Assembly (NCBI GenBank): GCA_965223005.1
Contig: CBDCVK010000010.1
Location: 576,001-640,000 of the forward strand
Direction: 5' to 3'
DNA from: Terriglobia bacterium
GTDB lineage: Bacteria; Acidobacteriota; Terriglobia; JAJPHL01; JAPKYU01
DNA length: 64,000 nucleotides
Part shown: positions 31,177 to 39,992 of the stretch, in pieces
Layout of the letters: each line of letters starts with the position of its first letter
How positions within the stretch are numbered: position 1 is the first letter of the stretch
Notes under the pieces: model-generated
Told to the model about the DNA's origin: nothing
The model's database searches: none
The model's input: only the letters and a program-made list of their open reading frames with translations
Translations under genes and position numbers: made by a program

Positions 31177-31572
31177 TCACTGTTCTTCCTCCTCCGCGAT
31201 ATAGCCTTCGTACTGCTCGGCACTGAGCAGATCTGCCAGCTCAGTGGGGTTCGTCAGGCGGACCTTGACCAGCCAGGCCTCCCCATGCGGATCCTGGTTG
31301 AGCAGCTCAGGGCTGCCGGTCAGCTTTGCATTGGCGTCCAGGACCTCGCAACTGACCGGGGCAAAAATTTCCGAGACCGCCTTGACCGACTCTACCGTGC
31401 CCAGGGGCTGCCCGGCCTGGAAGCGGTCGCCGACGCGAGGCAACTCCAGGTATACGATATCGCCCAACTGCTTCTGGGCGTGGTCCGTGATGCCGACAGT
31501 GCCGGTCTCACCTTCCACTCGAATCCACTCGTGCTCGCGCGTGTAGCCGTAATTGGGGGGATAGACCGCCAT
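31177..31572 (-). CDS. gcvH: Glycine cleavage H protein
   Basis: 'HEW', 'GITDHAQ', lipoyl site 'VESVKAVS'. Confidence 0.96.
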   Translation of the reverse strand: MAVYPPNYGYTREHEWIRVEGETGTVGITDHAQKQLGDIVYLELPRVGDRFQAGQPLGTVESVKAVSEIFAPVSCEVLDANAKLTGSPELLNQDPHGEAWLVKVRLTNPTELADLLSAEQYEGYIAEEEEQ

Positions 31573-32721
31573 TTATTTGCTGCCTTCCGGCTTCGCCTCG
31601 CGTTTGTTTGACCCCGGCTTCGCCGGCCGCTTCCTCTTGTAAAAGGGCGTCTCGACAATGCGCGCCGCGACGCGCTGGTTGCGGACCCCAATCCGGATTT
31701 CCCCTCCCACCTGCGCCAGCTCCGACGGCAGGTAGGCCAGCCCGATATTCGTTCGCAGGAAAGGGGCGGGCGAGCCGCTGGTGACGTAGCCGACCTCGGT
31801 ATTCTCCAAATACACCGGATAGCCGTCTCGGGCGATCCCGCGTTCGGTCATTTGGAAGCCGACCAGGCGGCGGCGCACCCCGTGCTGCTTCTGGCGCATC
31901 AGGGTCTCCCGGCCCAGGAACTCGCCCTTGTCCAACTTGCAGATCCAGCCGAGGTCGGCTTCCAGCGGCGTGTGGGTTTCGTCAATTTCATGCCCGTAAA
32001 GAGCCATCTTGGCTTCCAGGCGTAGCGTGTTGCGGGCCCCAAGTCCGCAGGGGACCAGGCCGTGCTCGCGCCCCGCTTCCAGCAGTCTGTACCAGAGGCG
32101 CTCGGATTCCGACGGCGCGAAGTAGAGTTCGAAGCCGTCTTCACCAGTGTAGCCGGTTCGCGCCAGTAGGCATTCTGCCCCGTCCACGGTCCCGCGCGCA
32201 AACCAGTAGTAACCGAGAGCCCCCAGTTCGGTGTCGGTCAGCCTCTGCAAGATGGACGTAGCTTGCGGGCCCTGCAGGGCCAGCTGGGAATACTGGGCGC
32301 CGGTGTTGCACACTTCGGCGTGGAAGCGGTTCTGCTCGCAAATCCAGTTGAAGTCGCGCTCCTGGTTGGCTGCGTTGACCACCAGCAGGAAGTGGTCATC
32401 GGCCAGCTTGTGCACCAGCAGGTCGTCCGCCAGCGTGCCCTGCGGGTACATCAGGCCGCTGTACTGCGCCTGCCCGATGGCCAGGCGGGCCGCATCGTTC
32501 GAAGTGACGTGTTGCACCAGGCGCAGGGCGTCGCGGCCTCGCACTTCGATCTGGCCCATGTGGCTGACGTCGAACAGACCGGCGCGCGTGCGGACCGCCA
32601 AGTGTTCTTCCACGATGCCGCTGTACTGGAGCGGCATCTCCCAACCTCCGAAGGGCACCATCCGGGCGCCCATCCGCTTGTGCACGGCATGCAGCGCAGT
32701 GCGATGCGGGGGACCGCTCAA
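31573..32721 (-). CDS. gcvT: Glycine cleavage aminomethyltransferase T
   Basis: 'GLFDVSHMG', 'RTGYTGEDGFE', 'GLGARNTLRLEA'. Confidence 0.96.
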   Translation of the reverse strand: MSGPPHRTALHAVHKRMGARMVPFGGWEMPLQYSGIVEEHLAVRTRAGLFDVSHMGQIEVRGRDALRLVQHVTSNDAARLAIGQAQYSGLMYPQGTLADDLLVHKLADDHFLLVVNAANQERDFNWICEQNRFHAEVCNTGAQYSQLALQGPQATSILQRLTDTELGALGYYWFARGTVDGAECLLARTGYTGEDGFELYFAPSESERLWYRLLEAGREHGLVPCGLGARNTLRLEAKMALYGHEIDETHTPLEADLGWICKLDKGEFLGRETLMRQKQHGVRRRLVGFQMTERGIARDGYPVYLENTEVGYVTSGSPAPFLRTNIGLAYLPSELAQVGGEIRIGVRNQRVAARIVETPFYKRKRPAKPGSNKREAKPEGSK

Positions 32722-32836
32722 GAAGGCCTCCGGCGGGATGGAGCGGCTCTCACGGGCACCAAGCCTAGTATAGCGCCGGGGGCACCGTCAAACTCAGCGC
32801 GGCGGAAGCGAATGGACCAGGTGTAAAATACGGGCG

Positions 32837-32998
32837 ATGCCCTACGTCTGCTCCATGTGTGACAACCACGAAACATCGTGCAAGTGCGATAAGTTCTGCA
32901 CCATCTGCAAGTCGGATGAAAACGTGCGGCTGTGCTTCGACGGCTGCTATTACTGCGAGGGTTGCCGAGAAGTCTGCGAGCTCTCGGCCGAGGACTGA
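32837..32998 (+). CDS. 53-aa cysteine-rich (11 Cys) microprotein
   Basis: MPYVCSMCDNHETSCKCDKFCTICKSDENVRLCFDGCYYCEGCREVCELSAED; TAAAAT 7 nt before ATG; stop abuts the sirtuin ATG. Confidence 0.8.
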   Translation: MPYVCSMCDNHETSCKCDKFCTICKSDENVRLCFDGCYYCEGCREVCELSAED

Positions 32999-33775
32999 AT
33001 GTCGTCCGACTCCAACCGCCCCACCCAGCAGATCGCCCGCTACCTGTCGGAATCCCACCAGGTTGTGGCCTTCACCGGAGCGGGGATCAGCACCGAGAGT
33101 GGCGTCTCCGATTTCCGCAGCCCCGGAGGTGTGTGGAGCAAGTACCAGCCCGTGATGTTCCAGGATTTCCTGGCCAGCGCCGATGCCCGCCGCCAGTACT
33201 GGCGCATGAAAAAGGAAGGCTACTGGGAAATGCGCCGCGCCAGGCCCAATGCGGGGCACCGGGCCCTGGCCCGCCTGGAAGCGGCAGGCAAGTTGGTAGC
33301 GGTGATTACGCAAAACATTGACGGGCTGCACCAGGATGCCGGCAGCCGGCGAGTTCTGGAGCTGCATGGCACAAGCCGCTCGGTCGTCTGCCTGCAGTGC
33401 GAGGCCCGGTACGACCCGGATGCGATCCAGGCGCGCCTGGAGAACGGCGAAGAGATTCCCCTGTGCGACGGCTGTGGGGGTCCGTTGAAATCGGCCACCG
33501 TCTCGTTCGGGCAAACGCTGCCCCAGGACGTGCTGTCGGAGGCCTGCAACCTTTGTTCGGGCACTAACCTGATGCTGGCCATCGGCTCCTCGCTAGTGGT
33601 GGAGCCGGCCGCCTCACTGCCTTTGCAGGCGAAGCGGAGCGGCGCCCGCCTGGTGATCCTCAACAAGACAGAGACGCCGTTGGATCAGATCGCTGACGTT
33701 GTGCTTCGAGAGCCCATCGGCGACTCCCTTACCGCAGTCGTGAAGCAGTTCGGCCTCAACCTTCCTGAGTCGTAG
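32999..33775 (+). CDS. cobB: Sir2/CobB NAD-dependent deacylase
   Basis: 'TGAGISTESG..DFR', 'TQNIDGLHQ', 'ELHG', two CxxC pairs, 'GSSL'. Confidence 0.93.
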   Translation: MSSDSNRPTQQIARYLSESHQVVAFTGAGISTESGVSDFRSPGGVWSKYQPVMFQDFLASADARRQYWRMKKEGYWEMRRARPNAGHRALARLEAAGKLVAVITQNIDGLHQDAGSRRVLELHGTSRSVVCLQCEARYDPDAIQARLENGEEIPLCDGCGGPLKSATVSFGQTLPQDVLSEACNLCSGTNLMLAIGSSLVVEPAASLPLQAKRSGARLVILNKTETPLDQIADVVLREPIGDSLTAVVKQFGLNLPES

Positions 33776-33870
33776 CAAGCGACTTGCTACCATCCGGCCG
33801 AGTTCAGCCCTGACCATTGACTGAGACAAGGGTTTCCGAGTGGTGCGTGGCTGGCGCCGCACCTAGGCCA

Positions 33871-35559
33871 CTACCTTTTCCGGGAATAGATCGCGCCCCA
33901 GCCGAGCTGGGCAAGGAGGCGGTAATGCCGATGGAGGAAGGCGCCCAGCTCGGGATACATTTCCATCGCGAGCTCCGTGTTGTACAGGCCCAGGCCGTCC
34001 ACGATGTAATCAGGCCGAGACGCTTGGAGTTCGCGAAGGAGAAGGCGGCGATTCTCGGCCGCTCGTTTGGGTGCCACGCTGCGCGACTGAACCAGGTGAA
34101 TGTCGGCGGGCACCCCGGTCAGCGGCTGCGAACTGAGAAATTTTGAGGCAGGCGGGCAGCCGCAGTAGAAGTAGATTTCCGGCCGATACCCCCAGACAAA
34201 CAGCGAGGGCCCGTGCCCCAGGTTGGCCGGCGACCGCGCCGCCGATCCTTCTGCGGTTCCCCTTCGCTTCTCTTCCCATAGCAGGCGACGAGCGATCCGG
34301 CGGCTGTCTTGGTCGATTGCTGGATCATCCCAGGTGGCCATGTAGGTCGTAGAGCGGCCGGTGACAAGCTCATAGGCGAGCACTGCGGTCCGATTGTGGA
34401 ACCAGACCAGGGAGAAGACGATGCCCGCCCAAAACAGCACGCGCAGGGCGGCGTTGATCCGCACACTCTTCTTTTCCGGCAGCCACTCGCCAGCCTGCCG
34501 CGCGAGCCTGTAGCCGCGCGCGGCCAGGAGGCAAAGAAACGGCAACACCTGGCAGAAGTAGCGCGGGAAAAATCGCCCGCCGATGGCCACTCCCAGGAAG
34601 GAAGCTCCCAGCCAGAGCCAGACAGCGTGGGAAACTTCGCGCTCCGGAGTGGCCTTGCCCCGCGGGAAATACGCCAGCAGCAGCGCCAGTCCCAGAAACA
34701 GAGCGAAGTGAAAACCTGCGTAGTTCAGCGTCTTGCGCACGCCGGTCAGCACCCCAGTCGCGGGCGAGTACACGATGATGTAGCTCCATCCCCAGCCCCA
34801 GAACTCCCGCAGGTAGTCGGCCCACTTGCCGTCCACCAGCAAGTAGGCCACCCACGGCGCGCATCCGGCCAGAAAGCCAACCAGCAATAACCCCCACCGC
34901 CGCAGCCGTCCAGCCTGGTCGCCAGCAAGAGTGTGGAATCTCGGAAGCAGCAATTCGACGGCGGCGAAAAACAACCAAAGGACCAGCGCCTTCGGATTCA
35001 GCCAGAAGGCGACGGCCACCAGCAGGCCACTCCAGAAGCTTCGCCCGTACAGGAAGAAAAAGCCCGCGTAGAGGTAGGGCAGCAGTAGCAAATGATCCAC
35101 TGCCAGCGGCTGAACCTGGGAGTGAAGGTAGGTGGCGTTGTACAAGGCGTAGAGCAAGGCTGCCAATCGGCCTTCCTCGTCGCCCCAAAAGCGGCGGCCC
35201 ATGTGCCACAGGGCCAGCGCCACCAGAGTGGCGTAGAAGATGGTGAGCAGGCGCACGGCCAGCAGGCTTGGCCCTGCAAGCGCAAACAACGCGGCATAGA
35301 GCCAAGCCACTCCCGGCGGCTTATCAAACCAAATTTCCGAATAGAGCGCCTTGCCCCGCAGCAGTTCCTGCGCCGTCGTGAACCACAATCCCTCGTCGGC
35401 CCACACATAGCCGGCGTAAAAGATGCGGAGCGGGAAAATGGTCCCCAGCAGCAGTAGTGCAAACGCAAGGGGAGGCAGCGGTCGGAGGTGTGGAGCGCGG
35501 AATGCGGATTGGGCGGTCATGACGGCCGACGCGTTTCCGACTGCGGCTTGCTGTTCCAT
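33871..35559 (-). CDS. GT-C fold (ArnT/PMT-like) membrane glycosyltransferase; ORF open to 35718
   Basis: 'WADEG', 'LYSEIWFDKPPG', many TM segments, 'RFFPRY'. Confidence 0.8.
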   Translation of the reverse strand: MEQQAAVGNASAVMTAQSAFRAPHLRPLPPLAFALLLLGTIFPLRIFYAGYVWADEGLWFTTAQELLRGKALYSEIWFDKPPGVAWLYAALFALAGPSLLAVRLLTIFYATLVALALWHMGRRFWGDEEGRLAALLYALYNATYLHSQVQPLAVDHLLLLPYLYAGFFFLYGRSFWSGLLVAVAFWLNPKALVLWLFFAAVELLLPRFHTLAGDQAGRLRRWGLLLVGFLAGCAPWVAYLLVDGKWADYLREFWGWGWSYIIVYSPATGVLTGVRKTLNYAGFHFALFLGLALLLAYFPRGKATPEREVSHAVWLWLGASFLGVAIGGRFFPRYFCQVLPFLCLLAARGYRLARQAGEWLPEKKSVRINAALRVLFWAGIVFSLVWFHNRTAVLAYELVTGRSTTYMATWDDPAIDQDSRRIARRLLWEEKRRGTAEGSAARSPANLGHGPSLFVWGYRPEIYFYCGCPPASKFLSSQPLTGVPADIHLVQSRSVAPKRAAENRRLLLRELQASRPDYIVDGLGLYNTELAMEMYPELGAFLHRHYRLLAQLGWGAIYSRKR

Positions 35560-35699
35560 CGATCCTCGGCGCCTGTTGTACCACGGCCCCCACCGGGTTT
35601 TGCCATACTTCTTGCCCATCAATTCGGCGCAGTCCTCAGTTCGCTCGCTGCTGAAACGGAATTTGTGTGTCCTATCTGTTCCGTTGTAGCATCTCGTTC

Positions 35700-37133
35700 G
35701 TGCCGGATCGGAAAGCATCGGCCCTGGTAGGCGGACCGCTCGCCGCAGCGTCTTTGTGGCTGGCGCTGCGCTTCGGAGTGCAACTGGAGTCCGGAGTCTG
35801 TTGGACAGCTGCCATTACCTGCCTCTGCGCAATCTGGTGGGTTTTCGAACCGATCCCCATCCCTGCCACCTCGATCATCCCGTTTGCCCTGTTCCCCCTG
35901 GTGGGCGTGTTGACGCACGTGCAAGTTGCCACCGGATACGGCCATCCAATCATCCTGCTGTTTATGGGCGGGTTCATGTTGTCCCGGGCGATGGAGAAAA
36001 GCGGCGCGCACCGGCGGGTCGCGCTGGGCTTGTGCCGGATGGTGGGCGGCGCGGGCGGTCGTTGGCTGGTGCTGGGCTTCATGATCGCCTCGGCCGCGCT
36101 TAGCATGTGGATCACCAACACCGCCACGACGCTCATGCTGCTTCCGATCGCGCTGGCAGTGCTCGAGCAGGCCGATGACAAGGATCTGGCCGTGCCGCTG
36201 TTACTGGGCATCGCTTATGCGGCGAGCATCGGCGGACTCGGTACTCCCATCGGCTCCCCACCCAACGCCTACTTCATGGCCTACTATGATCAGGCCTTAG
36301 GGCATCACGTTCGCAATACGGGGGAACGCCTCGGTGCGCCATGGACTTTTGCCCAGTGGATGATGATCGGCCTGCCGGTGGTGCTGGTGTTCCTGCCGCT
36401 GGCGTGGTTGTGGCTGACGCGAAAGCTGCGCAAAGCCAGCCGAATTGAATTGCCCGATTGTGGACCTCGCACGAAGGCGGAGACACGGGTGATGATCGTC
36501 CTGGTACTCACGGCCCTGTTGTGGATCACGAAAAGGGGACCTTTCGGAGGCTGGGGCGGTTTCCTTCAGAAGTTCTGGGGTGAACAAGATGGGACTCTTG
36601 TGGGCGACAGTACCGTCGCTTTGTTCATGGTGGTGGTGATGTTCATCGTATCCGACGGAAAGGGCGGACGGCTGCTGAACTGGCAAAGCGCCGTTAATAT
36701 TCCCTGGGGAATACTGCTGCTATTCGGCGGTGGCCTCGTGATTGGCTCTGCGTTCAAGGAGTCGGGGCTGGCAGGTATTATGGGGCAGTCGTTCGAAGGG
36801 GTTCAAGTCCTGCCCGCCTGGGTCATGATCGGCGTGATCTGCCTGTGCATGACATTTTTGACTGAAATTACCTCCAATACTGCAACCACCGTCTTGCTCA
36901 TGCCCATTCTGTTCGAGGCAGGTAAGGTGGCCAAGCTTGACCCAGCCCTGCTGATGGTGCCTGCGGCGGTGAGCGCTAGTTGCGCTTTCATGTTACCCGT
37001 GGCTACACCTCCCAATGCCATCGTCTTCGGCACCGACCGCTTGACGATTCCCACCATGGCTCGCGAGGGTTTTGTGCTCAACCTGGTAGGCGTGGCAGTC
37101 ATCACGACGGTCTGCTACCTGATGTTGGGGTGA
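35700..37133 (+). CDS. DASS/SLC13 sodium:dicarboxylate/sulfate symporter
   Basis: 'SMWITNTAT', 'GTPIGSPPN', 'TEITSNTAT', 'AFMLPVATPPNA'. Confidence 0.93.
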   Translation: MPDRKASALVGGPLAAASLWLALRFGVQLESGVCWTAAITCLCAIWWVFEPIPIPATSIIPFALFPLVGVLTHVQVATGYGHPIILLFMGGFMLSRAMEKSGAHRRVALGLCRMVGGAGGRWLVLGFMIASAALSMWITNTATTLMLLPIALAVLEQADDKDLAVPLLLGIAYAASIGGLGTPIGSPPNAYFMAYYDQALGHHVRNTGERLGAPWTFAQWMMIGLPVVLVFLPLAWLWLTRKLRKASRIELPDCGPRTKAETRVMIVLVLTALLWITKRGPFGGWGGFLQKFWGEQDGTLVGDSTVALFMVVVMFIVSDGKGGRLLNWQSAVNIPWGILLLFGGGLVIGSAFKESGLAGIMGQSFEGVQVLPAWVMIGVICLCMTFLTEITSNTATTVLLMPILFEAGKVAKLDPALLMVPAAVSASCAFMLPVATPPNAIVFGTDRLTIPTMAREGFVLNLVGVAVITTVCYLMLG

Positions 37134-37209
37134 CAACAAGCGGTCTGTTGCGGCAACCGTGAATCGCTGACCGTTCACGGACCCGGAGAGATACGATCTG
37201 CGGTTTGGG

Positions 37210-39021
37210 TTACTCGCCCGGCCGGCTCTGGGCGACTTTCACCCCGCCCAGGGAATTGGCGTAGCGCTGGATACCGCGGTACAGCGCCTCGGCCACCTTC
37301 TGCCGGTACGCTGGTTTGCGGAGCAGCCGTTCGTCGGTACGGTTGCTGAGGAAGGAGATTTCCGCCAAGGCGGAGGGCATCTGGGCGCCGATCAGCACGA
37401 TGAACGGCGCTTTCTTCACGCCGCGGTTGCGCAGCCCGTTGCGGCGCGCCATGCCCTTCACCAGCGCCCGCTGCATCTGCGCCGCGAACTCGCGCGACTC
37501 CTCCAGCTTCTCTTTCATGGTGATCTTCTTCACCAGGTCCTGCAACTCGTGGATGGACTTTTCCGAAACGGCGTTCTCACGCGCCGCGACTTCAAGGGCA
37601 TTCGCGGAGCTGGTGAAGTTCAAATAATAGGTCTCAATGCCGCGAATGGCGCGGTTGCGGCTGGAGTTGGCGTGAAGGGAGACGAACAGGTCGGCCTGCT
37701 TCTGGTTGGCGATGGCGGTGCGCTTCTCCAGCGGGACAAACGTGTCCTTCTCCCGGGTGTAGACAACCTCGCTGCCCAACCGCTCTTCCAGCAGCGTCCC
37801 GAGCCGCCGTGCCAGGTCCAGCACCACTTCCTTTTCCATCAGCCCTGTCGGGCCGATGGTGCCTGTGTCGTGGCCGCCGTGTCCGGGATCAATGACAATG
37901 CGGCCGATTTTCAGACCCAAGGCGCGGGTCAGAGAACGTTTGCCCGAGCTGGTAGGCCGGGCAGGGCGCGGGGGGGGCGGCGGAGTGGCGGAAGCTACCT
38001 CGGTTTTCTTCGCGGGACCCTTCTTAGTCGATTTTTTCGTCCCAGCCTTCTTGCTGGAGGTCTGCGGCTCGGACTTGGCAACTTGCTTCACGGACGGACG
38101 GCCGGAAGGGCCGCCAGTGGAAGCAGTGGCCTTGGGCGTTTCCTTCGCCCTCGACACCGCCTTGGGCCTTTTGCCGGACGGAGCGGCGGAGGGCTTGGAT
38201 GCTGAAGCGGACTTGGTCCGCTTAGGAGGCGGCCCGCCATTGATGTCCACCACCAGGCGGAAGGGGTTGGGCAACACGAAGGCGGAGTACTCGCGCACAG
38301 AACCCACTTCCAGCACAACGCGCGCGATACCCGCCTGGTTTTGGCCAACCCGGACGCGCCGGACCAGGCTCTCGTCGCCGCCCAGGGTTCGATTTCGCAC
38401 TTTCGAGCTGAGCCGGGCCCCATACAGGTCAAAGAAAATTCGCTCGGGGTTAGCGATGCGGGCGCGCCGATACTCTACCGGCCCATCCAGTTCAATGACC
38501 ACCCGGGTGTAGCTGGCGGTGGCCCAATGGCGGATCTGTGTGACACGGGCCAGCTTGGTGGAACTCTTTTTTGCCGAGGCCGACTTCCCCAGCTTTTTCA
38601 AGGCCAGCCTGGCTTTTTTCAGGTACTTGCTGTAAGGGTACTCCCGGATCAGGAAGCGATATTTTTCCGCGGCGCGCTTCCGCGATTGCGGATCGTTAAA
38701 CAGCCGCCCTTTCTCGGCCCACAGTTCGGCAGCGGCGAACACACTATCGTCGGCCTCTCCGATGGCGGGGCCCAGGTGCAGCGCCCGATCGTAGAGCCGG
38801 ATCAACCCCAAGTACTCGGCGGGGCGACGCCGCGCCTCAGGCTTGGCTTCCAGTTCCGCCCGCAGTCGCTCGGCCTTCTGGAACTCGGTGCGGGCGCGGG
38901 CTTTCTTTTCGGCGGGCCCGCCCAGCCCGGAACCGGGAAGCAGGCACAGCAGCAAGGCTGCTGCTATCCACGGGAGACGCGTTGATCTGTTGCCGGGCAC
39001 TTTCTCGCTGTCCCTCACCAT
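37210..39021 (-). CDS. N-acetylmuramoyl-L-alanine amidase (TPR-like + AMIN + Amidase_3)
   Basis: 'YTRVVIEL', 'IDPGHGGHDTG', 'FVSLHANS', 'AEISFLSN'. Confidence 0.93.
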   Translation of the reverse strand: MVRDSEKVPGNRSTRLPWIAAALLLCLLPGSGLGGPAEKKARARTEFQKAERLRAELEAKPEARRRPAEYLGLIRLYDRALHLGPAIGEADDSVFAAAELWAEKGRLFNDPQSRKRAAEKYRFLIREYPYSKYLKKARLALKKLGKSASAKKSSTKLARVTQIRHWATASYTRVVIELDGPVEYRRARIANPERIFFDLYGARLSSKVRNRTLGGDESLVRRVRVGQNQAGIARVVLEVGSVREYSAFVLPNPFRLVVDINGGPPPKRTKSASASKPSAAPSGKRPKAVSRAKETPKATASTGGPSGRPSVKQVAKSEPQTSSKKAGTKKSTKKGPAKKTEVASATPPPPPRPARPTSSGKRSLTRALGLKIGRIVIDPGHGGHDTGTIGPTGLMEKEVVLDLARRLGTLLEERLGSEVVYTREKDTFVPLEKRTAIANQKQADLFVSLHANSSRNRAIRGIETYYLNFTSSANALEVAARENAVSEKSIHELQDLVKKITMKEKLEESREFAAQMQRALVKGMARRNGLRNRGVKKAPFIVLIGAQMPSALAEISFLSNRTDERLLRKPAYRQKVAEALYRGIQRYANSLGGVKVAQSRPGE

Positions 39022-39866
39022 CCTTGGGTGTTGCTGAAGTGCACCCTGCCCCTCTCATCTGCCCATTTCATAATCACGGGGCGCTGGGACCGGGGCTTGA
39101 GCCCGTAGCCCCTGCCGTACAGCGATGAAACCTTGCGAACGTATCGCCGGGTCTCCGGGTAGGGTGGGATGCCACCATAGCGCGCCACCGCATTCTCGCC
39201 CGCGTTGTAAGCGGCCAACGAAAGCACCAGGTTGCCCCCATACAGCCACAGCAAGTGCTTCAAATAGCGAACCCCACCGTCTAGGTTCTCCTCCGGGTCA
39301 AACCTGTTTCCAACACCGAAGCGGCGGGCCGTGGCGGGCATTAACTGCATGAGCCCCGTAGCGCCTTTGCGCGATATGGCAGCAGGGTTGAAGTTGGACT
39401 CGACCTTGACGATGGCTCGCACCAAGTCCGGATCAATGGAGTGTCGTTCCGCCGTGCTTACGATGAGCTCGTCCACGGCCATCCGGGTGGTGCCGTTTTC
39501 GGCGCCCGAGGGCGACCGAGCGCCCTTGGTTTGCCGGGCTGTGGCCGGCGCCGGCCCGGACGATCCCAACGACTCATTCGGCGCAGGCACTGTAACCAGC
39601 TGGTTCGTGTCCGGGTCCCTCCGGACCAGCACGCTATGCCGAGCACGTTGCTGGCGCCTGGGCTTGCGCTTGGAGGCGACTTGCTTTGCGGCGTCCCCGG
39701 TATTCACGTAGACGCGACGCCCGTTGTTATCTACATAAGACGCAATTCGGGCTGCCGAGGCCGACACCGCAGCCACCGCGCCAACGATGCCCAGTACGAA
39801 CAGTTGCTGTCTCATGCCCGGATCCGTTGAAAATACCGCACTTGGGCTCGTCTGAACGCTTGCCAT
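39015..39866 (-). CDS. Lytic transglycosylase (SLT domain); start may be 39815
   Basis: 'VESNFNP', 'GATGLMQLMP', 'LAAYNAGE', 'PPYPETRRYV'. Confidence 0.93.
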   Translation of the reverse strand: MASVQTSPSAVFSTDPGMRQQLFVLGIVGAVAAVSASAARIASYVDNNGRRVYVNTGDAAKQVASKRKPRRQQRARHSVLVRRDPDTNQLVTVPAPNESLGSSGPAPATARQTKGARSPSGAENGTTRMAVDELIVSTAERHSIDPDLVRAIVKVESNFNPAAISRKGATGLMQLMPATARRFGVGNRFDPEENLDGGVRYLKHLLWLYGGNLVLSLAAYNAGENAVARYGGIPPYPETRRYVRKVSSLYGRGYGLKPRSQRPVIMKWADERGRVHFSNTQGW

Positions 39867-39992
39867 TATATATCAGTGATCTATCCGTTAGAAACAAAAC
39901 AGTTACGCACGGGAATCACCCAAGGCAATAGGGCGAAACCTGCTGGCTCATCGCCCCGTTTGTGGGAGGAGAAGGCCGGGCGAGCTGTTCAG

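Noticed and set aside
32722-32836. Possible glycine riboswitch upstream of gcvT (GAGAG..GCCGGAGG)
   Set aside because: Leader is too short and lacks the conserved CUCUCAGG segment.
33772-33790. Hairpin GTAGCAAG-CGA-CTTGCTAC matching 24141-24155 in reverse complement
   Set aside because: A 15-bp match between two short palindromes; cannot be separated from chance or a terminator-like stem without genome-wide counts.
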